DNA from: Clostridia bacterium
GTDB taxonomy: Bacteria; Bacillota; Clostridia; Christensenellales; Aristaeellaceae
Length of the DNA: 64,000 bases
Direction of reading: 5' to 3'
Assembly: GCA_017469025.1 (NCBI GenBank)
Contig: JAFUHD010000292.1
Location: 1,539 to 65,538 of the forward strand
In this document: piece after piece, positions 54,892 through 62,896 of the stretch
Numbering within the stretch: the stretch's first letter is position 1
Layout: each line of letters begins with the position of its first letter
Translations under genes and position numbers: made by a program
Notes under the pieces: generated by a model
Database searches by the model: none
The model's input: only the letters and a program-made list of their open reading frames with translations
Told to the model about the DNA's origin: nothing

Positions 54892-55770
54892 TCATTTTTC
54901 AAGAAACTGACTGAGAATGGAAAACAGTTTTTCAACGGAGATGGGCTTTTCGGTAAAAGCATTCATGCCTGCATCCATGGCAGCCTGCCGGTCTTTATCG
55001 CTGACACTGGCCGTCATGGCAACAATGGGAATGGAGGCTTTCTGCGGATGATTCATCTGACGGATGTGGCGTGTGGCTTCCACACCATCCATGTTCGGCA
55101 TCAGAATGTCCATCAAAATTAGATCGTAGTGACCGGGCTCGGCCTGTCTGAGTTTCTCTACACATGCATTACCATCTTCGGCAAATTCCACGCTGGCACC
55201 TGTCTGACGCAGAACCGCCTCGGCAATTTCACGGTTCAGAGCCATATCTTCCGCAACAAGAATTCGTTTTCCAGTGAAATTGCAGGAGACAAATCGGCTT
55301 TGAATGGTCTGTTCTTCAAGCCGTCGACGGAGTTCGTTCGGATCTGCCGGTGTACTGCTGTCTGTAATCTCCAGAAGCCGGTTAAATGTATTGAGCAGAT
55401 AGTCTGCTGAGATCCGGATGCTGCGCAGGTAATGATCGAGCATCGGCTCTCTTTCGGTGTGTGTCTCAATGAGATCAGTACATCCCAGAATGATGTGAAT
55501 GGGCGTTCTGACATCATGGGTGATCTGAAACAGGTGCATCAGACGGGAGGGATGTCTGGCATCTGTAAAGTGATTCAGGAGATCTTCAACCGGGATGCCA
55601 AACAGATCTGCGATCTTTGTGAACAGCGTGATATCTGGAAATGAAATGTCCCGTTCCCATTTGGAAACAGCCTTGTCTGTAACATGCAGTTTTTCAGCAA
55701 GTGCTGCCTGTGTCCAGTTTTTCTGAACCCTCAGAGAACGGATATACTGTCCAAGTGTGGACGAATTCAA
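54892..55770 (-). CDS. Hybrid signalling protein: XRE-type HTH + HisKA (H-box) + receiver domain, without an HATPase domain
   Basis: The HTH is LGQYIRSLRVQKNWTQAALAEKLHVTDKAVSKWERD. The H-box is ITHDVRTPIHIILGCTDLI. The REC domain has ILVAEDM, DLILMDILMPNMDG, AMTAS and EKP. No N/G1/F/G2 boxes are present. Confidence 0.8.
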   Translation of the reverse strand: MNSSTLGQYIRSLRVQKNWTQAALAEKLHVTDKAVSKWERDISFPDITLFTKIADLFGIPVEDLLNHFTDARHPSRLMHLFQITHDVRTPIHIILGCTDLIETHTEREPMLDHYLRSIRISADYLLNTFNRLLEITDSSTPADPNELRRRLEEQTIQSRFVSCNFTGKRILVAEDMALNREIAEAVLRQTGASVEFAEDGNACVEKLRQAEPGHYDLILMDILMPNMDGVEATRHIRQMNHPQKASIPIVAMTASVSDKDRQAAMDAGMNAFTEKPISVEKLFSILSQFLEK

Positions 55771-55902
55771 TACGGATCACCTCCCGAAGAAACTATACCA
55801 CAGCTCAGAAGACAGAAACAATCGACTGACGGTTTACATGATTTCTTTACGGTCATATGTCAGTCAGGCGTTGTCTGTGAAGGAAAGTCGAGGAACAGTA
55901 TC

Positions 55903-57699
55903 ATGAAAAGGATAAAGCAGAATGATGATCAGCAGATGATGAAGCTTTATGAATCGTGGACATATCGGACAGTAAACGGTCATCTCTATGCAGATAAGTA
56001 CACTGGAAGTGATCTGAATGTCAGGGTTCCCAAGTTCTATGATATTGCCAGGGATGCATTTGAAGGATTGAACATAGAAAGTCTGACACTGCTCAGGGCA
56101 GAAAAACTGCACCATCTCTGGGATGCTCCGATGCCGGGCTGTGAACATGTACATCATCTGACACTCTGTTACAGTGGAGATGGGGCAGCGTTCCTGCATC
56201 TGTGCGGCTGGACTGAGCGCCTGCCAGAACTTGAGGAGATTGAGATATCCTGCCAGGTACCCCATCAGCTGATTCTCTGGGAGGGTGTGCCAAATCTTTC
56301 ACATGATGTAACAGTCCGTGATGAAAAGTGCAACAAATTCAATGTTTATGGGCATATGATTACGGAGGTTACCCTTCCAACGGACCATTTTTTCCTGTCC
56401 ATTCCGCTGCTGCCGTCAAAGGTGCCGGATCCTGCAATCCGTGCAGCACAGCTGCTGACGCTGCTTCGGAAACCAGAACTTGTTCCACCGGACCTGCTGG
56501 AGGCGTATCAGGCGTGTCTCAACAGAAACGGTGTACGCTGGATTCCGGTTTTTATGGAGAATGGTGTTGCTGACAGTGTACTGCTTCCGATTTTTCGCGA
56601 AATACAGCCATTGAAACCTGAGAAATATGAGACGCTCCTGGAAGCAGCCCAGACAGATGGGAACGTGGCAATGGCTGCGGCAATTGTCGAGGAACAGAAC
56701 AAATATGTCGACCGTGAGAAAGAACAGAGAAAGCGGGAACGGCAGGAAAGCTATGATTTGGACCATCCTTTTTCAGCACGCAACATGAAGAAAGAATGGG
56801 ACTGGATGATTCTGCCGGACCAGACAGTATGCCTGACCAAATGCCGGGTTAAGGATACGGGCACGGTTTATGTGCCTCCGGAGATAGCCGGCAAACCTGT
56901 AACATGTCTTGGAGAAAAACTGTTCTATAATTGTCCGGCTGATGAAATCGTCATTCCTGAAACTGTAAAACGAATTGAAAGTAACTGCTTTTTAAATGCC
57001 AGAATATCATCCGTAACAATACCTGAATCTGTTGTCTGGATAGGAAGAGGCACTTTTGAATCATGCAGACATCTTGCTGCTTTTTCTGTTCCAAAGCAGA
57101 TCACGTCGCTTCCAGCTTATATGTTTTATAACGCTTCTTTGCAGAAAATTGAACTGCATGACGGAATTAAACGAATTGGAGCGGGTGCTTTTACCGGATG
57201 CAGTCAGCTCAAGGAGATTGTATTGCCGGAGCATATTGATACGCTGCCGGATCATGTGTTTCAGGGCTCCGGCCTGACTTCAATAACGATTCCAAAGAAG
57301 GTTCAAAGAATAGAAGGATTTGCTTTCGACAGGTGTGAAAATCTGGTCTCCGTTGTCTTTGACAGGGATTCCGAACTGGATTACATAGGACATGACTGTT
57401 TCAGCTTCAGCGGATTGAAAGCGTTTGAAGTTCCAGAAAGTGTAAGTTTGATTGAAAACTATGTGTTCTCATTCTGTGGGCATCTTGAACACTTTGAGTG
57501 TTTCAGGAAAACGAAACTTCGAAAAAATGCCCTGAGCGATACACGTCTTAAACCGGTGGAGCAGGGTGAAAAGCTGATATGGGAGGCAAAAAAACCGAAA
57601 TGGATGAATATGGTTGATTGGAAAATGATTCGCGCTGGCAGTCTGAACTTTCAGCACAGAAGAGAAGCAGGGAAGGAAGCACTGAAATCCGTGCATTAA
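55903..57699 (+). CDS. BspA-type LRR (LRR_5-like) protein paralog, no signal peptide
   Basis: The start is set at ATG 55903, because the longer ORF would overlap the divergent gene. C-terminal LRR_5 repeats are present (IESNCFLNARISSVTIPESV, IGRGTFESCRHLAAFSVP, IGAGAFTGCSQLKEIVLPEHI, IEGFAFDRCENLVSVVF). Confidence 0.8.
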   Translation: MKRIKQNDDQQMMKLYESWTYRTVNGHLYADKYTGSDLNVRVPKFYDIARDAFEGLNIESLTLLRAEKLHHLWDAPMPGCEHVHHLTLCYSGDGAAFLHLCGWTERLPELEEIEISCQVPHQLILWEGVPNLSHDVTVRDEKCNKFNVYGHMITEVTLPTDHFFLSIPLLPSKVPDPAIRAAQLLTLLRKPELVPPDLLEAYQACLNRNGVRWIPVFMENGVADSVLLPIFREIQPLKPEKYETLLEAAQTDGNVAMAAAIVEEQNKYVDREKEQRKRERQESYDLDHPFSARNMKKEWDWMILPDQTVCLTKCRVKDTGTVYVPPEIAGKPVTCLGEKLFYNCPADEIVIPETVKRIESNCFLNARISSVTIPESVVWIGRGTFESCRHLAAFSVPKQITSLPAYMFYNASLQKIELHDGIKRIGAGAFTGCSQLKEIVLPEHIDTLPDHVFQGSGLTSITIPKKVQRIEGFAFDRCENLVSVVFDRDSELDYIGHDCFSFSGLKAFEVPESVSLIENYVFSFCGHLEHFECFRKTKLRKNALSDTRLKPVEQGEKLIWEAKKPKWMNMVDWKMIRAGSLNFQHRREAGKEALKSVH

Positions 57700-57785
57700 A
57701 ATGATCTAAGTGCTGTTTTGACATGGATTCAGACAGAAAATGCAGGGGATTCATCTGGAAAGGAAGAGACTCTGACAGAAGATTG

Positions 57786-57860
57786 TCAGGCACATTGTGC
57801 TGTTTTGTCAAACAACGACATTGATGGATACAGTGCCGAAAGCAAAGCTGTGTTATCAAA
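57786..57860 (+). repeat. Copy E (diverged) of the structured repeat, directly 5' of the panE-like SD
   Basis: TCAGGCACATTGTGCTGTTTTGTCAAACAACGACATTGATGGATACAGTGCCGAAAGCAAAGCTGTGTTATCAAA is followed by GGAAGG and ATG 57873. A decayed partial copy lies at about 57709..57745. Confidence 0.7.
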
Positions 57861-57872
57861 GGAAGGAAACCC

Positions 57873-58823
57873 ATGACGAATGAACGGAAAATATGTGTTG
57901 CCGGCATTGGCGGTGTCGGCGGGCTGCTGGCCGCAATGCTCGGAAAGGTATATGGCGGTCAACTGACGCTTGTGGCACGTGGACACCGGGCAGAGATGCT
58001 GAGGGAGAATGGACTGGTCCTGCACAGCGAGTTCTATGGTGAAGTTCGCGCGAGGCCGCAGCGAATCTGCGAAGACCCTGCGGATATCGGAGTAAAGGAT
58101 ATTATTTTTGTGTGCGTTAAGAACTATTCGCTTGAACAGATTGCAGAGACGATCCGTCCTGCGGTGGATGAGCATACTGTCATAGTTCCGGTGCTTAACG
58201 GTGTTGAAGCGGGAAACCGTATGCGTGCACTGTTTCCGGAGGCAGTTGTCGGAGATGCGGTTATCTATACCATCTCTGGAGCCAATCCGGATGGATCCGT
58301 GACACAGTCCGGCAGCTATACCCATCTGTTTCTCGGCAGCAAAATGCCGGACAGACGGTTTCAGGAAGGCGTGCACATGGCGTATGATCTTCTTGTGCCT
58401 ACCGGATTTGATGTCCGCTGGTCCCAGAATATCGAGAGCGAAATATGGCAGAAATTTATACTGAACTGCGCATTCAATATTACAACGGCACGTCATCAGA
58501 CGACAACCGGCGTGATCCGTGAGAATGAGCAGATGCGGGCGGATCTGCACGCGCTCCTGTCCGAGGCATATCAGGCCGGTATGGCTGAGGGGATTGACCT
58601 GCCGCCGGATCTTGTTGAAACCAAGTACAGTTATGTGATCAACAATCAGCCGCCGAACGGAACCAGCTCCATGAAGCGGGATGTGGATGCCGGTCGTCCG
58701 ATTGAGCTGGATGCCTTTACGGGGACTGTAATCCGTCTGGCTGAAAAACATGGGTTTGATGTACCGGTAATCCGGGCATACCATGAAGCCCTTGAACGGA
58801 TGGTAAGTGCCTATTCCCATTAA
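57873..58823 (+). CDS. 2-dehydropantoate 2-reductase (ketopantoate reductase, PanE/ApbA family)
   Basis: The N-terminal Rossmann motif is ICVAGIGGVGG. It also has an ApbA_C-like region (SSMKRDVDAGRPIELDAF). Confidence 0.8.
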   Translation: MTNERKICVAGIGGVGGLLAAMLGKVYGGQLTLVARGHRAEMLRENGLVLHSEFYGEVRARPQRICEDPADIGVKDIIFVCVKNYSLEQIAETIRPAVDEHTVIVPVLNGVEAGNRMRALFPEAVVGDAVIYTISGANPDGSVTQSGSYTHLFLGSKMPDRRFQEGVHMAYDLLVPTGFDVRWSQNIESEIWQKFILNCAFNITTARHQTTTGVIRENEQMRADLHALLSEAYQAGMAEGIDLPPDLVETKYSYVINNQPPNGTSSMKRDVDAGRPIELDAFTGTVIRLAEKHGFDVPVIRAYHEALERMVSAYSH

Positions 58824-58865
58824 GAAAGACAAGCCTGGCAAATGCCAGGCTTGCTGTATTTTTGG

Positions 58866-60734
58866 CTAATCAATGCCATATTTGTGCATTTTGCGCCAGA
58901 GCGTGGAACGGCTCATGCCGAGCTGCTGTGCAGCAATGTTCCGGTTGTTTCCGGTTTCATGGAGAATGCGGCGGATACGCAGTTCTTCCTGATCAGCCAC
59001 AATATGGATCTGCTGTTCGGATTCTCCCTGATCGAGGTCAGGCAGCAGACGTTCCCGGATAAATGCCAGCGATATTTCCGGCTCTGGTGCGAGCATAACT
59101 GCGCGCATGCAGAAATACTCGATATCACGCAGGTTGGAAGGCCAGGGATAGCGGCACAGATGCGTCATGGCTTCATCCGTCAGATGGACCTGCTTTTTGA
59201 ATTTTTTGGCGGCCAGGTCCAGATATTCCGTGACATAGGCGGGAATATCTTCCGGAATTTCCCGTATTGGAGGCATTGGCAGGGTAAGGCCCAGCAGCGT
59301 GTTGGCCAGCTGCCACATCCACCGGTCTTCCCGGGCGAGCTTAAGCAGATCCACGAATGTGGAGCAGATGAGCCGGACAGAGGCGGGAATGGGTTCGGCG
59401 GAATCTTTGCGCTGAAAGGTTCCTTTACGGAGAATGCTGAGAAGCTGACGCTGACAGTCCGGCTCCAGCATATGGACATCGAGAAGAAACAATGTGCCTT
59501 CGTGGGCTGTGGAAACAAGACCTATATCCCTGCCGGTCCGCCGGCCGAAGAGAACATCGAACTGGTTTTCGGGCTGAATGGTACTGATGTCTACAGAAAC
59601 AAAGGGGTTTTTTCTTCGAAGACTGGCATTGTGGATGCATTCGGCAAGCCGGGATTTTGCCAGACGTGGTTCTCCGGTAATCAGAATGGGAACATCATAT
59701 TGGGCATACGTTTCTGCACACTCGATGAGTGCACGCATTTTCGGGGATTTGCAGGGAAAATTCTCAAAGCGGGCTTTTGCGACAAAACCGCGCCGGTGAC
59801 GTTCCTGGCGGACGCGTTCATCGAGATTATCAATTGCTGCAAATTCCTGCATGGAAATGATGAAACCGTCATGCTGTCCTTCAAAAGTCATGGAGGCAAC
59901 GTTTGCAACATAGGATGCCTGACCAAACTGCAGAACAACGGCATAATTATCCCGTTTGAGTTCAAGTGCACGAACCAGGGCGGGTGAGGGGGACAGACCA
60001 TCCAGTTCCAGCAGTTTGGTTCCATGAACAGTCTGTTCAGGGCATCCCATGGCTTTTTCGGCACGCGGGTTGGCAAACAGTATTTCACCTTCCGCATTCA
60101 GACGGATGATGGCATCTGAGGAGTGCTGGAGCAGAAGGCGCATTTCCTGCATATGACGCTGGTCGCGCAAAAGTATTTCAGACAGATGAACGGCATTGCC
60201 CAGTGCTTTTACAATGCTGTTTTCAGACAGCCCAATGGATTCGCAGGGCAGACCTTCGCCCTGTGCAATGGCACAGGTCTGGGCATCTCCGATAATGAGC
60301 TCGGCACCGTCGGCTTTTGCCGCACGAACGGCTTCTACAGTGTCAGAACTGGAGGCAGCCGGATAAAGCCGGATTCTGGTACCGGACAGACTTGCAATGG
60401 GTGCAGGATCCGGAAACAGATTCGGGGATCCGATCAGTGCAATGGTGCGGGGACATCCCATACGCTGTGAGGCGCGTACCAGAATGGCAGCCATTTCATC
60501 ACCGGAAAGAGTGACCTCAATCAAGGGAAAATGCTGCTGCGTTTTGAGAATTTCACTAAGCTGTCCTCTTGTGATAATGACACCGATGCTGTCATGAAAA
60601 TAGGCATTCACTCCGCTGATGACACTGTCCGGCTCAAATGGAAGGACATCGGCACTGACACCGGACTCGATGCAGATTTTGAGGAGCGGGTCAATATAGT
60701 CAGGGGATGAAGTGACAATCAGGATAGGTTTCAT
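58866..60734 (-). CDS. PrpR_N-PAS-AAA+-HTH regulator, homologous to sigma-54 activators but with degenerate ATPase/GAFTGA motifs
   Basis: The start is set at ATG 60734 (AGAGGAG upstream). The C-terminal Fis-type HTH is NRNIAAQQLGMSRSTLWRKMHKYGI. The Walker A position reads GEPRLAKS, the Walker B position reads TLFLLDVH, and the GAFTGA position reads LFGRRTGRD. Confidence 0.8.
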   Translation of the reverse strand: MKPILIVTSSPDYIDPLLKICIESGVSADVLPFEPDSVISGVNAYFHDSIGVIITRGQLSEILKTQQHFPLIEVTLSGDEMAAILVRASQRMGCPRTIALIGSPNLFPDPAPIASLSGTRIRLYPAASSSDTVEAVRAAKADGAELIIGDAQTCAIAQGEGLPCESIGLSENSIVKALGNAVHLSEILLRDQRHMQEMRLLLQHSSDAIIRLNAEGEILFANPRAEKAMGCPEQTVHGTKLLELDGLSPSPALVRALELKRDNYAVVLQFGQASYVANVASMTFEGQHDGFIISMQEFAAIDNLDERVRQERHRRGFVAKARFENFPCKSPKMRALIECAETYAQYDVPILITGEPRLAKSRLAECIHNASLRRKNPFVSVDISTIQPENQFDVLFGRRTGRDIGLVSTAHEGTLFLLDVHMLEPDCQRQLLSILRKGTFQRKDSAEPIPASVRLICSTFVDLLKLAREDRWMWQLANTLLGLTLPMPPIREIPEDIPAYVTEYLDLAAKKFKKQVHLTDEAMTHLCRYPWPSNLRDIEYFCMRAVMLAPEPEISLAFIRERLLPDLDQGESEQQIHIVADQEELRIRRILHETGNNRNIAAQQLGMSRSTLWRKMHKYGID

Positions 60735-60934
60735 AACGATCTCCTCTTTTCCCGGTTCTGCTGTGAATAAATCCGGATTAAGCATATCAGGTTCAGCGGA
60801 ATCATACAAGCGTCTGTTTTAATTTTGAAACAGTATTTGATACGAATGAAACACTTTGTTTTATATATTGAAACATATCCGAAAATTTCTTTTGTAAAAC
60901 CCGTAAAAAGTGACGAAATGGGGGTGTTCGTTCG

Positions 60935-60963
60935 TTGACTCTGCTTTTTTGGAATGATATGCT
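60935..60963 (+). promoter_or_regulatory. Candidate sigma-A promoter of the peptide ABC operon
   Basis: TTGACT (60935..60940), a 17-nt spacer and TATGCT (60958..60963). Confidence 0.5.
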
Positions 60964-61016
60964 GAGTCCAGACATTGAGAAAGCTCATGTATTAAGCCCT
61001 GTAAGGAGGTATGAAG

Positions 61017-61961
61017 ATGGCAAGATATATTGCCCAGCGGCTGGGACAGACCCTTCTGGTTCTGCTGATTGTTTCATTCCTGACATACATGCTGGTGGAT
61101 TTTCTCCCGGGTGATCCGATTGCAGCAATGACAGGCGGTGAAATCTCCGGTGAGACGTATGAGCGGCTGTATAAGGAAATGAACATGGACAAGCCGGTAC
61201 TGGTCAGGTATGCACTTTGGCTGAAAGGTGCCCTGACAGGAGATCTGGGCACATCCCAGTCCTATCACCGCCGTGTGGTGGATATTATCAGCGAACGTGT
61301 TCCGGTGACGATTTATTTTTCGCTGCTGGCCTTCGTGATCAGTGTACCGCTGGGCATTCTGTTCGGCATTATCAGTGCGGTGAGACGTGGCAGTGCAGCG
61401 GATACGGCAGTTACACTGACAGCCAATGTCTGCTGCTGTCTGCCGCAGTTCTGGCTGGGCATTCTGTTTATGTATGTGTTTGCCATGAAACTCGGCTGGC
61501 TACCGTCCAGCGGCTTTGTCTGGCCGCATGAAGACCTTCTGCTCAGTATCCGGCAGACCATTATGCCGCTTCTGTGCCTGGCTATCGGCGGTATTGCCTC
61601 CATTACGAGGCAGACACGTTCCTCCATGCTGGAGGTCATCCGTCAGGATTATATCCGGACGGCACGCTCCAAGGGACTCAGGAGCAAGGCGGTCATTTAT
61701 GTGCATGCATTAAAGAATGCGCTGCTTCCGGTCATTACGCTCATGGGTCTGCGTCTTGGCGGTCTGATCGGCGGCTCTGTATTTGTTGAAAATGTCTTTG
61801 TTATCCCGGGCATGGGCTCCCTGCTTGTCAATGCGATTACCAGTGTGGATATTCCGCTGATTCAGGGATGTGTTCTTCTGATCGCTGTATTCTCCTGCGT
61901 TGTGAATCTCATTACGGATATTGTCTATGTCTACGTTGATCCCCGGATCAAGGTAGCCTGA
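61017..61961 (+). CDS. Oligopeptide/dipeptide ABC transporter permease (OppB/DppB-like)
   Basis: ATG 61017 lies 8 nt after AAGGAGG. The N-terminus is MARYIAQRL and the RTARSKGL EAA-loop region is present. Confidence 0.9.
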   Translation: MARYIAQRLGQTLLVLLIVSFLTYMLVDFLPGDPIAAMTGGEISGETYERLYKEMNMDKPVLVRYALWLKGALTGDLGTSQSYHRRVVDIISERVPVTIYFSLLAFVISVPLGILFGIISAVRRGSAADTAVTLTANVCCCLPQFWLGILFMYVFAMKLGWLPSSGFVWPHEDLLLSIRQTIMPLLCLAIGGIASITRQTRSSMLEVIRQDYIRTARSKGLRSKAVIYVHALKNALLPVITLMGLRLGGLIGGSVFVENVFVIPGMGSLLVNAITSVDIPLIQGCVLLIAVFSCVVNLITDIVYVYVDPRIKVA

Positions 61962-61975
61962 GAAAGGAGCAGAAC

Positions 61976-62878
61976 ATGAGTCAGACGCGAACCGATTCTG
62001 CAGCTGCCCAGGCAGCCATTCGGGCCAATAAGGCAAAAAAGCGGAAACAGTTTATCCGCGCGCTTTTCTCAAGGAAGATCGTTCTGGTATCAGCGGTTAT
62101 TGTTGTCCTGATCATTCTGGTGGCACTGTTTGCCAATCAGCTGATGCCCTTTGATCCGAACAAGCCATCTGTTAGAGACCGGAATCAGGGCCCGTCAGCG
62201 GTTCATCTGCTCGGTACGGATGAATTCGGACGCGATGTGCTGAGCCGTATCATCATCGGCAGCCGGGTATCTCTGATTGTCGGTGTTCTGGCAGTTGTCA
62301 TCGCCTGTATTATCGGAACCAGTCTCGGCATGATTGCGGGTTATTTCGGCGGCATCGTAGACGATGTCATCAGCAGAATTGCGGAGGCTGTGCGTGTCAT
62401 CCCGCAGGTAGTGCTGGCAATAGCACTGTGTGCGGTATTTGGCGGCGGCATCGTGAATATGTCCATTATTCTTGGTATATCAAACATGACGGTTTATATC
62501 CGTATGATGCGTTCTCAGGTTATGTCCATCAAGGAGCGGGACTATATCATGGCAGGACGCCTGCAGGGCAACAGCAATGCACGGCTCATGCTGAGACATA
62601 TCCTGCCCAACAGCATCTCACCGATTATTGTTACCATGACGCAGCAGATTGGCGGCACGATTCTTTCTGAAGCCGGTCTCAGTTTCCTCGGTCTCGGTAT
62701 TTCGACGCCGACGGCTTCCTGGGGCACGCTGGTATCCGGCGGACGGTCTTATCTGCTGACTAATCCAGTCTATTCTCTCGCGCCTGGTGTATGTATCGCG
62801 CTTCTGGTCATCTGCCTCAATTCGCTGGGCGATGGTGTCCGGGATGCACTGGATCCGCGGCTGCGCGGAGAACTGTAA
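61976..62878 (+). CDS. Oligopeptide/dipeptide ABC transporter permease (OppC/DppC-like)
   Basis: HLLGTDEFGRDVLSR and MAGRLQGNSNARLMLRHILPN are typical OppC/DppC blocks. Confidence 0.9.
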   Translation: MSQTRTDSAAAQAAIRANKAKKRKQFIRALFSRKIVLVSAVIVVLIILVALFANQLMPFDPNKPSVRDRNQGPSAVHLLGTDEFGRDVLSRIIIGSRVSLIVGVLAVVIACIIGTSLGMIAGYFGGIVDDVISRIAEAVRVIPQVVLAIALCAVFGGGIVNMSIILGISNMTVYIRMMRSQVMSIKERDYIMAGRLQGNSNARLMLRHILPNSISPIIVTMTQQIGGTILSEAGLSFLGLGISTPTASWGTLVSGGRSYLLTNPVYSLAPGVCIALLVICLNSLGDGVRDALDPRLRGEL

Positions 62879-62896
62879 GGAAGGGGGTGTGTGCAA

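Noticed and set aside
57786-58841. 351-aa minus-strand ORF overlapping the panE-like gene
   Set aside because: It is antisense to a gene with a clear Rossmann/ApbA pattern and a strong SD. The ORF has no recognisable motif or ribosome-binding site, so it is a shadow ORF.
58842-59987. 381-aa plus-strand ORF
   Set aside because: It lies antisense within the PrpR-type regulator gene (58866..60734), whose PAS, AAA+ and HTH blocks are clear. No SD or motif was found, so it is a shadow ORF.
60949-60963. Possible sigma-54 promoter (TTGGAATGATATGCT) downstream of the bEBP-like regulator gene
   Set aside because: The GG to GC spacing is two nucleotides shorter than in the TGGCAC-N5-TTGC consensus. 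The same bases fit a sigma-A promoter spacer and -10 much better.
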